Source: Bacteroidota bacterium
GTDB taxonomy: Bacteria; Bacteroidota; Ignavibacteria; UBA10030; SZUA-254
Assembly: GCA_030019075.1 (NCBI GenBank)
Contig: JASEHD010000001.1
Span: 1 to 55,424 of the forward strand
Length of the DNA: 55,424 nucleotides
Direction: 5' to 3'
Position numbers and translations under genes: made by a program. Below are positions 20,704 to 30,198 of the stretch, piece by piece; positions within the stretch are counted from its first letter, which is position 1, and each line of letters starts with the position of its first letter. Under the pieces are notes generated by a model, which was given only the letters and a program-made list of their open reading frames with translations, was not told the DNA's origin and searched no databases.

Positions 20704-23220
20704 ATGCTAATGTCATCAAAAACTAAGCATCAGCAAAAAGCACAAATCGGTTATAAAGCATCATGGTTTGATAGTCTCTCATCTATGAAAAAAGATACAC
20801 TATGTGTCTTTATTCTCCTCTTGTTGGTTTATATACTTTTCTTCAGGATTATTACATCTGATATGATTTTTTCAGATTCAGGTGATACCGCTGCCGCACA
20901 TAGCTGGGGGAAATCATTCGAGAAATTAAAGGAGCAAGAACAAACGCCGCCTCATTGGATACCATATATCTTCAGCGGAATACCTATCGCCGCTGCTTTG
21001 ATGTTTCCGCACAATCCAAATTATTTAGAAATTATTGTACAATTTCCCGCACGGGTTATTTTCCTCAATGCTGAAATGTCGTGGATGGTACTGCATTTTT
21101 TCCTGATGGGCGTTTTTATGTTATTGCTGGCAAGGCAGATGAAGTTCTCACATTTACCATCGCTGCTCGCCGGGCTTACGTTCATGTTGAATCCGTATGC
21201 GATTGGGCTTGCACAGGGCGGTCATGGCACAAAGCTGATGACACTGACTTTCATCCCACTCGTATTCATGCTGACATATGCTTTATTTCAGCGGAAAGAC
21301 ATTTTGACCATTGGTTTACTTGCGGCGGCTCTCGGCACAATGTTTCTTAATAAACATCCTCAAATCGCTTTTTATGGATTGCTGTTTATCGGTAGTTATG
21401 TATTATATGAAATCGTAATAACTATCCGAAAGGAACCATCGTTAGTAATAAAAAAGATTTTGTTTTTAGCTCTTGCTTTAGGAATTGGATTTGCAATCTA
21501 TTCATATGAATTCTTACCAACTCAGGAATATTCTGCATATTCAATCAGGGGTGCTGGAAGTGGAGGTGAGGGGGCGACGAGCGGTCTATCGTACGATTAT
21601 GCAACCAATTGGTCATTCCATCCATTCGAGTTGATGAACTATTTCATCCCGTCGTTCTTTGGTTTTTCATCTCCTTTCTATTGGGGATGGATGCCATTTA
21701 CTGAAAGTACCGTATATATCGGTATAGTTCCAATTCTTTTAAGCATCGTCGCTTTGGTTTACCGCCGTACGAAACTCACATGGTTCCTGATAATATTCTC
21801 TATAATCATGTTCTTTATCTCGTTCGGGAAACATTTTGGAATACTATATAATTTATTTTTCGACTACATGCCTTACTTCAACAAGTTCCGGGTGCCAGTG
21901 ATGATATTGCATCTTATTCCGATCACATTCGGTATTCTGGCAGCAATAGGATTGACGGTGCTTGCCGATATGCAGAGCAGCGCAAAGTTGTTTAATCTTG
22001 AAAAGCTGCGCAAGCGACTTTATATAACTGTTGGTATTATTGGTGCAATACTACTTATCGGTTTCATTAGTAACGATTCCGTGTATTCAGCAGTTTCCGG
22101 TACGATGTTTCAACGCAGTGACGATATGCAGCAATTAAAACAGCAGTATGGCGGACAAGCCCAGCAGGTTCTTGAACAATTGAAACGGATGAGATTCGAT
22201 CTTTTATGGAAAGATTATATTAAGTTTGCTTTAATCAGCGGAGTGAGTATCGGTTTTATCATCATGTACATCAAACGAAAGATGAATTTTACAACACTGA
22301 CTTTAGGATTCCTCGTTGTTCTGATAATTGATCTTTTTATTCTTGATATGAAATTCATAGATCCCAAACCAAGAAGTTTATTCGAGGAACGTTTTCATCC
22401 CGATGCAACAGTTAAATTCTTTAAGACAGATACAACTCTCTTCAGAGTTTTTCCGATTGGACAAGACCTTTTTCAGGATAATACTTATATGTACCATCAG
22501 GTGGCTTCGATAGGTGGTTACAGTCCTGCTAAATTAAAAATCTACCAGGAATTATTAGAATCATCTCTTTACAGCGGTTCTGATCCTCAATTCCCTTTGA
22601 ACATGAATGTCGTTAATATGCTAAATGCGAAATATCTTGTTGCTCAAGGGAAATTACCAGAAGAACGATTCACTTTGGTATATGCTGATCAAGCCAAAGG
22701 TATCGCAACATTTCTAAATCCTGACCATCTCCCGCGTGCCTGGTTCGTGGATACAGCCATTATTGCTCATTCGAAAACCGAAACTTTTTCTTATATGAAT
22801 TTACCTTCCTGGAATCCGAGAGTAACCGCGATTCTTGAGAAATCACCAATCACAAAATTTACAAAATCAGTTTCTGCCAATGTTGTCATCGCGAAGCATG
22901 AATCTGGGAAAATCGTTCTTAGTACTTTTTCAAGCAACACCTCGTTGCTTGTACTGAGTGAGGTTTATTATCCCGCGGGATGGAAGGCATTTGTTGACGG
23001 GCAGGAAACCGAGATATACAAAACCAATTACGTGCTACGATCTATTGTTGTACCGGCGGGCAGCCATAATGTTGAATTCCGTTTTCAGTCATCAACTTAT
23101 GAGATGGGGTTGAATATTACAAATGGTGCTTGGATAATAACGGCAATTCTTATTATTATCGGTATGATACAAATACCATCTGTCCGACAGAAACTTCCGT
23201 TTAGAAAGATAGTAACTTAG
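20704..23220 (+). CDS. YfhO-family (GT-C) membrane glycosyltransferase
   Basis: Many TM helices, HPQIAFY, SIGGYSPAKL, LVLSEVYYPAGWKAFVDG, VPAGSHNVEFRF. Confidence 0.88.
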   Translation: MLMSSKTKHQQKAQIGYKASWFDSLSSMKKDTLCVFILLLLVYILFFRIITSDMIFSDSGDTAAAHSWGKSFEKLKEQEQTPPHWIPYIFSGIPIAAALMFPHNPNYLEIIVQFPARVIFLNAEMSWMVLHFFLMGVFMLLLARQMKFSHLPSLLAGLTFMLNPYAIGLAQGGHGTKLMTLTFIPLVFMLTYALFQRKDILTIGLLAAALGTMFLNKHPQIAFYGLLFIGSYVLYEIVITIRKEPSLVIKKILFLALALGIGFAIYSYEFLPTQEYSAYSIRGAGSGGEGATSGLSYDYATNWSFHPFELMNYFIPSFFGFSSPFYWGWMPFTESTVYIGIVPILLSIVALVYRRTKLTWFLIIFSIIMFFISFGKHFGILYNLFFDYMPYFNKFRVPVMILHLIPITFGILAAIGLTVLADMQSSAKLFNLEKLRKRLYITVGIIGAILLIGFISNDSVYSAVSGTMFQRSDDMQQLKQQYGGQAQQVLEQLKRMRFDLLWKDYIKFALISGVSIGFIIMYIKRKMNFTTLTLGFLVVLIIDLFILDMKFIDPKPRSLFEERFHPDATVKFFKTDTTLFRVFPIGQDLFQDNTYMYHQVASIGGYSPAKLKIYQELLESSLYSGSDPQFPLNMNVVNMLNAKYLVAQGKLPEERFTLVYADQAKGIATFLNPDHLPRAWFVDTAIIAHSKTETFSYMNLPSWNPRVTAILEKSPITKFTKSVSANVVIAKHESGKIVLSTFSSNTSLLVLSEVYYPAGWKAFVDGQETEIYKTNYVLRSIVVPAGSHNVEFRFQSSTYEMGLNITNGAWIITAILIIIGMIQIPSVRQKLPFRKIVT

Positions 23221-23250
23221 TCGGATAAGGGATGGCGAAATTTGAAAATT

Positions 23251-23279
23251 AAAAAGGTCGGTGGTGTGCCGACCTTTTT
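23251..23279. terminator. Bidirectional intrinsic terminator
   Basis: aaaaaggtcgg-tggtgtg-ccgaccttttt between convergent yfhO-like gene and rpsU. Confidence 0.85.
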
Positions 23280-23301
23280 CACATCCGGGAATAATGTTAG
23301 T

Positions 23302-23496
23302 TTACATTTCTTCCATACGAGTGCGATACGACCGACGGACGGCTTTAATCTTCTCCATCCGTTTTTTTACAGAAGGCTTGGTGAAATAGGAGCGTTTTTT
23401 GACCTCTTTTAAAATTCCAGAACGCTCATATTTTTTCTTAAACCTGCGGATAGCGCGGTCGATGTTTTCGTTTTCCTGTATAACAATCCCGACCAT
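23302..23496 (-). CDS. rpsU: 30S ribosomal protein S21
   Basis: ENENIDRAIRRFKKK...FTKPSVKKR; GGAGGTGA RBS before ATG 23496. Confidence 0.95.
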   Translation of the reverse strand: MVGIVIQENENIDRAIRRFKKKYERSGILKEVKKRSYFTKPSVKKRMEKIKAVRRSYRTRMEEM

Positions 23497-23520
23497 GCTG
23501 TTCACCTCCCTCCGTAACCG

Positions 23521-23934
23521 TTATTCATGTAGTACTACTCCTATTGTATTTTCAATCTCAACCGGTGTTTCCGGTTTAATGTTTTCTATTAACCGACGCT
23601 GACCAAGCTTTGTGAATGAAACAATAATCGCTTGGTTTCCATCGGATGTTTTTATTTTACTCAGCACCTTACCAACATCATTCCACTCGTTATGGAAAAT
23701 CGCTTCACCAATCTTGAAGCATTGTAGTGGATTGTACAACGTCGCATTTTCAGGATCAAGCTTGTTGGCTTTTGGGTCGGTAGATTCCGAGACTTCCAAT
23801 AAGCTTGTATGATGACAGCGGGTGCAGCGGAACCAAATTTTTCCCTGAATTCCCTCCATTGCCCCAACCATCTCCATGCGTGTATCCTTATGGCAGTAGC
23901 CACAAAATCGGTCAGAATATTTTGTACGAGTCAT
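23521..23934 (-). CDS. Hypothetical protein: Zn ribbon plus Tudor/SH3-like domain
   Basis: CxxC...CxxC (CGYC, CTRC); C-terminal FKIGEAIFH..W..GKV...IIVSF..G.RRL. Confidence 0.75.
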   Translation of the reverse strand: MTRTKYSDRFCGYCHKDTRMEMVGAMEGIQGKIWFRCTRCHHTSLLEVSESTDPKANKLDPENATLYNPLQCFKIGEAIFHNEWNDVGKVLSKIKTSDGNQAIIVSFTKLGQRRLIENIKPETPVEIENTIGVVLHE

Positions 23935-24072
23935 TCTAACTCCCTAAATTGTTGTAAAGATCTTTGAATAATAAGTGAATATCCGAGATGCGCAGGTTAA
24001 TGACTATGCAGACGAAAGATATTTTCACTTTGCGCTCACTTGATGATCTGAATGAATTAGCATCTCATTATT

Positions 24073-24101
24073 AATATATGCAATTCTTTGATTTTAGTCA
24101 A
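24073..24101 (-). promoter_or_regulatory. sigma70-type promoter for the Zn-ribbon/rpsU operon
   Basis: TTGACT-N17-TATATT on the minus strand. Confidence 0.7.
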
Positions 24102-24186
24102 TGTTTTTTAACTGAAATAAATATTATTTTTGAATTTATGCTTAAAATAGATATATTTAACATAGTTTCTGATAAATTTGGATATG

Positions 24187-24260
24187 GGGCCCTTAGCTCA
24201 GTTGGTTAGAGCAGCAGACTCATAATCTGCGGGTCGTAGGTTCGAGTCCTACAGGGCCCA
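24187..24260 (+). tRNA. tRNA-Ile2 (CAT anticodon); CCA not encoded
   Basis: Cloverleaf GGGCCCT...AGGGCCC-A, anticodon arm GCAGA-CT-CAT-AA-TCTGC, TTCGAG T-loop; paired G1-C72 excludes initiator; resembles ileX-type tRNAs (elongator Met not fully excluded). Confidence 0.9.
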
Positions 24261-24307
24261 CGAAATGGATGGATCTTCACTCCCTCCGAATACTTTGTGG
24301 CAACCTC

Positions 24308-26281
24308 CTATTTTCTTTGATTTTGCAAAATTTGATATATTTTGTTCCTTGATTCACGTACTCTACTATCTGTTGAGTTTGTGGCAAGATAAACGTCATA
24401 GTTGCGGATAGCACGCTGATAATCTCCCAAAACTGCGGCAACATCACCTGCATACCTGAACAACAACGGCTCTCGCATCCCTAAGTTGATAGCGGTTGTA
24501 AAATGGTGATCTGCCCGTTCAAAATTCTTTTTACCTGAATACAACACACCTAAATTTGCGTGTGCTTTTTGCATTCCGGGATTTAATTGGATCGCCCGTT
24601 CATTATATACAATTGCATTTGCAGTGTCTCCTCGATTTGCATATTCAACACCGATATTAGAATATATGCCGGGGTCGGGACTACCGAGTGAAACAGCCCG
24701 CTGCAGCATCTCAAAATATTTTTCCCGCTCGTCTAATTTTCGATATACATCAGCGATGTTGCCAATGATGCGGGGATTTTTTGAATCAATAGTAATATAA
24801 TGCTCATAGTAGATGCGTGCATCAGCGTATTGCTGCGTGCCAAAGAAGAAATTTGCTAATGCCTCATCGTGATTCATCTGTGCAAGTTTTGACAATAATT
24901 TTTCACTATTCAATAGTCTCATTCTTGCGAGATGCCGCTCATCTGATGCATTAACGCCAATCCACGCACTGGTATGTACTAAAAGAACGACAGCTATAAG
25001 AAAAATAATTTCACGACGATGATTAAGAGTAGTAACTTGACTTAACAAATAGACAGGAAGGATCATCAATGGAACAAAGTAGCTTGAGAGCATATCCCAA
25101 TCGCGTGCCATACCAAGAGCGCTGTTTATAATCCAAGTGAAGAAGATACCACAGGCGGCTGATAATAATAAGAAGAGTGTGGTTGGGTTTTTTAACCTAT
25201 GTTCTTTTGGTAAAGTTGGAATAAGGGCGATTGCCAAAAATAATCCAAAAGGAGCTACAAGCATCATAAGGTTAAGCCAATCGAGGAGGTGAACAAAAGA
25301 AAACATTGGGTACGGAAAAACCCCAAACCCACCTTTGAATGGTTTTAGAAAATCTACACTCCCCGACTTCAGATGTCTTGTCAGGTCGACTAAATTAAAA
25401 CCGACCAAAAATAATACTGCAATCCCAAGTATCCCAACTGCACCCAACAAAATAATTAATTGAAGCTTGTTCCGTTTCCACTTGAAGATGATAAGAATAA
25501 TCAAAGTTGGTATAAATACTAAGTCTCCAAGATGCAGCATTGTCATTAACAAAAAGAATAAAATTGGCACTACTATCGAAACACGTTTTTCTAAACATAG
25601 CCATCCGGAAATAAAATAAGCTGTTGTTGTGATGTATTGAAGAATGTAATTTTCGACATAACCGAAGAAAAATTGCGATGTTGCCCCGAAGAGTAACAGA
25701 CATCCTAATAGAAATTTTTCAGGCAGTGGTATTTGTAAATTTCGAACACTCCAAAACACGAGTAGAAAAAATCCGATTGATGCAAGGATATCTATCGAGT
25801 AATAAACTGTATAAGAATTTGGAGTATTTTCGAATGGAACGATCGACATAGCCCACCGGTAAATCCAAAACATAAGCGGCTGATTTTTAAAACTCAGTGT
25901 AATCTCGTCACCCATGATCCCTAGTGGTACTGAGCGTAATAAAACTGCCCCGTCACCTAATAAATGAAATTTAACAGGGAAAAGATATATCAATATCAAG
26001 AATATTCCAACGGTAATAAGAAAATTAACAGCTAACGGTAGTCTTGAAAAGATTCTAAGTAATTTCCCCAAGTAATGTATGCTGGCAACCTGTACTTGAG
26101 GGATAAAAAGAATTAGAACAATAACCAATGTCAAGATTGCAATCGATGAATCGTAGAATGCAAAGAAATGTACCCCCCAATTGTAATGAGATGGATCGAT
26201 AGTTCCCCAGATGTGCAATCCAACAATGAGAAGACAAAATCCTATGATAATTTTGTAAGTATTTAGCATATTAGCTTTCAA
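24308..26281 (-). CDS. Multi-pass membrane protein with C-terminal TPRs (GT-C-like)
   Basis: Numerous TM segments followed by TPR repeats (YSNIGVEYA, AHANLGVLY). Confidence 0.75.
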   Translation of the reverse strand: MKANMLNTYKIIIGFCLLIVGLHIWGTIDPSHYNWGVHFFAFYDSSIAILTLVIVLILFIPQVQVASIHYLGKLLRIFSRLPLAVNFLITVGIFLILIYLFPVKFHLLGDGAVLLRSVPLGIMGDEITLSFKNQPLMFWIYRWAMSIVPFENTPNSYTVYYSIDILASIGFFLLVFWSVRNLQIPLPEKFLLGCLLLFGATSQFFFGYVENYILQYITTTAYFISGWLCLEKRVSIVVPILFFLLMTMLHLGDLVFIPTLIILIIFKWKRNKLQLIILLGAVGILGIAVLFLVGFNLVDLTRHLKSGSVDFLKPFKGGFGVFPYPMFSFVHLLDWLNLMMLVAPFGLFLAIALIPTLPKEHRLKNPTTLFLLLSAACGIFFTWIINSALGMARDWDMLSSYFVPLMILPVYLLSQVTTLNHRREIIFLIAVVLLVHTSAWIGVNASDERHLARMRLLNSEKLLSKLAQMNHDEALANFFFGTQQYADARIYYEHYITIDSKNPRIIGNIADVYRKLDEREKYFEMLQRAVSLGSPDPGIYSNIGVEYANRGDTANAIVYNERAIQLNPGMQKAHANLGVLYSGKKNFERADHHFTTAINLGMREPLLFRYAGDVAAVLGDYQRAIRNYDVYLATNSTDSRVRESRNKIYQILQNQRK

Positions 26282-26382
26282 TATAATACATAATTTTATT
26301 TTAATGCAATATCTTGTTTATAAGATGAATAATGTGTAATTTTGGAAAAGTTTTTTTCAAAAAATCCCCTTGTTTATTAGTT

Positions 26383-27285
26383 ATGACATTTTCGGTGATA
26401 GTGCCGACATATAATCGACTTGAACGATTGAAAATTGCGTTAGAGGGTCTTTATTATCAAGATTATAAAGATTTTGAAATCATCGTGGTAAACGATGGAA
26501 GTAAAGATGGTACAGCCGAATACCTCGCCCAAGCAGTCCGTGAGCATGGCATCCGTGTAGTTGAGCTTTCTGACCTGGGCATTGCTGCGGCACGCAACCG
26601 CGGCGCCGAAGCTGCAATGGGGAATATCCTCGCTTTTCTTGATGACGACTGCAGCGTTTACCCAACTTGGCTGCGGGATCTTGAAACAGCACTCCAACGG
26701 CATCGTGCTTCTCTCGTTTTCGGTAATGTCTCAAATGCGTTAACCGATAGTGACTACTCATCCGTCCATCATGAGATGAATCAGTTTTTGATCAAGCGGA
26801 TGAATTGCGATCCGTTACATCCTCGATTTGTTCTCACATCTACGTTTGCCTGTGATCCTAAGGTTTTTAAACAGTACGGTGGATTCGATGAACGATTCTA
26901 TTTCGGTTCGGAAGATCGTGAGCTGATCGGTCGACTACTTGCTTCTGGAGAGCGACTTGCCTTCGAGAAAGATATTGTGGTCGAGCACCGCCACCAATTT
27001 ACGTTACGACCATTCCTCTTCTATTATTATCGCCTTGGGCGCGGGTCCCATCTTCTTTATAACGTTGCCAACAAGGAAAAACTGCTCGGTCTAAAAACAA
27101 ATCCTATCTGGAACATTATAACGATGATCTCGGCTGTTGGGAAAGGTAAGGGGCTGTTTCGCAGATTTCGGTTAATAATTCTCGCATTTATTGCTCAGTT
27201 TTTTATCTGGTTTGGCTTTATTCATGCAAGGGTCGTGGGGGTTTCAGACCTTCGTAGAAAAAACAATTCAGAAACGCAGCCGTGA
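26383..27285 (+). CDS. GT2 glycosyltransferase
   Basis: SVIVPTYNR, VNDGSKD, AAARNRG, FLDDD. Confidence 0.9.
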   Translation: MTFSVIVPTYNRLERLKIALEGLYYQDYKDFEIIVVNDGSKDGTAEYLAQAVREHGIRVVELSDLGIAAARNRGAEAAMGNILAFLDDDCSVYPTWLRDLETALQRHRASLVFGNVSNALTDSDYSSVHHEMNQFLIKRMNCDPLHPRFVLTSTFACDPKVFKQYGGFDERFYFGSEDRELIGRLLASGERLAFEKDIVVEHRHQFTLRPFLFYYYRLGRGSHLLYNVANKEKLLGLKTNPIWNIITMISAVGKGKGLFRRFRLIILAFIAQFFIWFGFIHARVVGVSDLRRKNNSETQP

Positions 27286-28481
27286 TGATGGCAGACTATG
27301 AAGTAAAACAGAAGATTATGTTCATCAGTTTGTATTCCGAAATCGGAGGTGGTGAGATTGGTTTATTTCATTTATTGAAAAATATAGATAAATCACTTTT
27401 TCAACCTATCGTTATGTTCAATAAGCATGGTCCGTTGGTAGAGAAGTTGGAAAAAATAGGAATCCAAACAACGATTGTACCGTTCGTTGTTGCAATGCTG
27501 CAACAATGTATTATTCCAAGAATATTTTGGAGTAATTTCAAAGCTTCATGGGAAATAAAAAGCTACATAAAAAAACAGCGAATCGAAATTGTCCAGTGCA
27601 GCGATGTTCTATCCCTTCTTCTGCTTTTTCCTTCTATGCTTTTAAATCGCACACCCATCGTATTTAGCGTTATCTTTTTTTATGAGAAACTGCGTGCCTT
27701 TCTTCTCACTTTGCTTTCTATGTTTAGTGTAAAGTATATTGTAACGTTATCTTCGATGGTGATGAATGATTTGACGGAAAAAACCTTCGGATTGAAAAAA
27801 AAGGTCAAGCTTATTTATTGGGGTGTCGATACTTCTAAATTTCATGGAAGAATAGTTGAGGAGAAACAGCGGCTGCGCGAAAAACTTGGATTACCTCTGA
27901 ATAAAAAGATTATTGGCTTTATCGGAAGATACGAGGTCTGGAAAGGACATGAGACGTTTCTGAATACTGCAAACCAGCTGATCAAAACAAGAAACGATTT
28001 ATTTTTTCTTATCGTTGGCGGTGCAATGACCGAGAATATTATTCCAAGTATTGCTAGTTACCGTAAAAAAGTGATCAAACGTATTGAAGATTTAAAACTG
28101 CAAGGTCGCTTAACGGTATGGGGACACAGAGACGATATTCCTGATGTAATGGGAAGCTTAGATGTTTTTGTCTGCCCGTCAGATCATGAGCCATTCGGAC
28201 TGGTGGTGCTTGAAGCGCTCGCGAGCGGTGTGCCTGTGGTTGTCAGCTCAACCGTTGGTGCGCTGGAAGTTCTCGATAGAATTGAAAACGTATTTGTCGC
28301 CGAGCCGCGCAATCCGATTTCTTTCTCGGACAAGATTACTGACGCATTGGAATTAAATAAAAAAATATTAAGCAGCCAACAATCGCAGCGTTTACTCGAT
28401 GTGCTAAATCAATTATCATGGACTGCCTATTCAAGTAAATACGAACAAATTTATCAAAATCTTTTATCGAATCCGATGTAG
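27282..28481 (+). CDS. GT4 glycosyltransferase
   Basis: GGGE, FIGR..WKG, EPFGLVVLEALASG; stop TAG lies inside a REP GTAG. Confidence 0.92.
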   Translation: MMMADYEVKQKIMFISLYSEIGGGEIGLFHLLKNIDKSLFQPIVMFNKHGPLVEKLEKIGIQTTIVPFVVAMLQQCIIPRIFWSNFKASWEIKSYIKKQRIEIVQCSDVLSLLLLFPSMLLNRTPIVFSVIFFYEKLRAFLLTLLSMFSVKYIVTLSSMVMNDLTEKTFGLKKKVKLIYWGVDTSKFHGRIVEEKQRLREKLGLPLNKKIIGFIGRYEVWKGHETFLNTANQLIKTRNDLFFLIVGGAMTENIIPSIASYRKKVIKRIEDLKLQGRLTVWGHRDDIPDVMGSLDVFVCPSDHEPFGLVVLEALASGVPVVVSSTVGALEVLDRIENVFVAEPRNPISFSDKITDALELNKKILSSQQSQRLLDVLNQLSWTAYSSKYEQIYQNLLSNPM

Positions 28482-28872
28482 CCGCAAGCTTATTTATCCG
28501 CTCGACGAGTCGAATCATCGACCTCCCGCCAAAAAAGGCGGCGGGCAAGCTGGCGGAATGCTTGCGTGGTTGCCAAATACGCAACCTACAAAAGATACCT
28601 GTCGTAGCCGCAAGCTTCACGCCTGCGGGTGCTGTCCACAACGCAACTATAAAGGCGATGTCCTGAGGATTCAGTCCGAAGGATCGCGGCTACAAAAGAA
28701 CCCCGTCGTAGCCGCAGGCTTCACGCCTGCGGGTGCTGTCCACAACGCAACTATAAAGGCGATGTCCTGAGGATTCAGTCCGAAGGATCGCGGCTACAAA
28801 AGAACCCCGTCGTAGCCGCAGGCTTCACGCCTGCGGGTGCTGCCCACAACGCAACTATAAAAGTTGCGCTAC
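28478..28872. repeat. REP/BIME-like array left of RAYT-1
   Basis: GTAG-ccgcaggc-ttcac-gcctgcg units at 28478, 28604, 28708, 28812 (104-bp period for the last three) alternating with inverted cgcaac..gttgcg-CTAC units. Confidence 0.92.
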
Positions 28873-29348
28873 GACCATTCGTCGAAATTGTAAACAGTGG
28901 AACCTTTGTGTGGGAATTGTTTCCAATCTACCACGATTCCTTTCCGGACAGGGTTTTGTAAAATGTATTCGATTTGTTTCCGAAGGTCTTCGCTGTTTCG
29001 TATGATATGGTCGTAATAATCCTTCTGCCAATGAAATTCATGTCGATGTTGATACAACCAATAACCGGTTCGTTGTTTGAATCCGTTAACCATTTTTAAA
29101 ATGTTTGCATCATCAGATTTTCCTTCGATGATCAGATGTAAATGATCCGGCATGAAAAGATACATGTGAATATCGCATTGTTGCCTGTGCGCTTCTTCTA
29201 ATAATGTATTTCTGAAATATTCCACGATGTTGTTATTCGTGAAAACCGATTTTCTTTCTTGAACGCACAGTGTAAATACAACGATTTGGTGCCCCGTATA
29301 ACACTCAGGTGTCAATCGATGATGTTTTTCCCGTATTATCTTTCCCAT
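28869..29348 (-). CDS. REP-associated tyrosine transposase (RAYT / TnpA-REP, HUH Y1)
   Basis: MPDHLHL HUH motif, WQKDYYDHIIR, YILQNPVRKG; flanked by GTAG REPs. Confidence 0.92.
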   Translation of the reverse strand: MGKIIREKHHRLTPECYTGHQIVVFTLCVQERKSVFTNNNIVEYFRNTLLEEAHRQQCDIHMYLFMPDHLHLIIEGKSDDANILKMVNGFKQRTGYWLYQHRHEFHWQKDYYDHIIRNSEDLRKQIEYILQNPVRKGIVVDWKQFPHKGSTVYNFDEWS

Positions 29349-29354
29349 GGTTTT

Positions 29355-29383
29355 AATATATTACATTCAATTAAAAAAATCAA
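29355..29383 (-). promoter_or_regulatory. Promoter of RAYT-1 (probably leaderless mRNA)
   Basis: TTGATT-N17-TATATT, 6 nt before ATG, no SD sequence. Confidence 0.65.
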
Positions 29384-29395
29384 AGCCAACCCGCC

Positions 29396-29648
29396 GTAGC
29401 CGCAAGCTTATTTATCCGCTCGACGAGTCGAATCATCGACCTCCCGCCAAAAAAGGCGGCGGGCAAGCTGGCGGAATGCTTGCGTTGTTGCCAAATACGC
29501 AACCTACAAAAGATACCTGTCGTAGCCGCAGGCTTCACGCCTGCGGGAGTCGCCTCCACACGCAACCATAAAGGCGTTGTCCTGAGGACTCAGTCCGAAG
29601 GATCGCGGCTAAAAAAGAACTCCGCCGTAGCCGCAGACTTCTTTATCC
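29396..29648. repeat. REP array right of RAYT-1 (direct copy of 28478-28700)
   Basis: GTAG REPs at 29396, 29522, 29627 (last one truncated). Confidence 0.9.
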
Positions 29649-29734
29649 ACCCCCAACCTCCTGTTTAAATAATCCATTAGGGGAAGGGGTCAAATTGTTA
29701 TCATCATAAAGCATCACCAACTGCTTGTGACAAA

Positions 29735-29780
29735 ATATTAAAATTAATGCTTGAACTCCATCAAAAAAGTTGGTAAATTA
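29735..29780 (+). promoter_or_regulatory. 46-bp direct repeat copy 1 containing a sigma70 promoter
   Basis: 45/46 identical to 31024-31069; TTGAAC-N17-TAAATT. Confidence 0.8.
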
Positions 29781-29802
29781 AGTACACATCCTTTTCCCAT
29801 TT

Positions 29803-30198
29803 ATGCTTGAGCAGAAAATTATACAATTTTTTAAAAACATAGACGCAGCAGTCGCAGTTTACCTGTTTGGTTCAGCAGGAACTGAGCATGAGCGATCTGA
29901 CAGCGACATCGATGTGGCAGTCTTATTTATAGCCGATACTGTGCCAGATGGTTTGCAGCTCGTTCAAATGCAGCAAGATCTCACTGATTTTTTAGTGAAC
30001 GAAGCCGATATCGTTTGCTTGAATAAAGCTAATGTTATTTTGAAAATGCAAGTCTTAAAAAAGGGGAAAAAGTTGATTGATCGCGACCCCCGCACTACAA
30101 ACATGTTCTTCACACGGACGATTAATGAATATGATGATTTGAAACGTATTCGCAAGCCAATCGAATCGCAAATTCTAAGAGGAGGGCTGCATGGTTGA
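29803..30198 (+). CDS. MNT (minimal nucleotidyltransferase) antitoxin, MntA-like
   Basis: YLFGS..SDIDVAV motif; overlaps the downstream HEPN gene. Confidence 0.9.
   Translation: MLEQKIIQFFKNIDAAVAVYLFGSAGTEHERSDSDIDVAVLFIADTVPDGLQLVQMQQDLTDFLVNEADIVCLNKANVILKMQVLKKGKKLIDRDPRTTNMFFTRTINEYDDLKRIRKPIESQILRGGLHG

Noticed and set aside
24187-24260. tRNA as integration site of a genomic island
   Set aside because: No integrase and no duplicated tRNA 3' end seen in the window
28604-28872. CRISPR array
   Set aside because: Units are near-identical 104-bp tandem copies with no unique spacers, there are no cas genes, and the GTAG-REP structure explains them
28336-29668. Small ORFs over the REP blocks (also 45608-45960 and 47629-47880)
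   Set aside because: They are translations of GC-rich palindromic repeats, with the same peptides recurring wherever the repeat does
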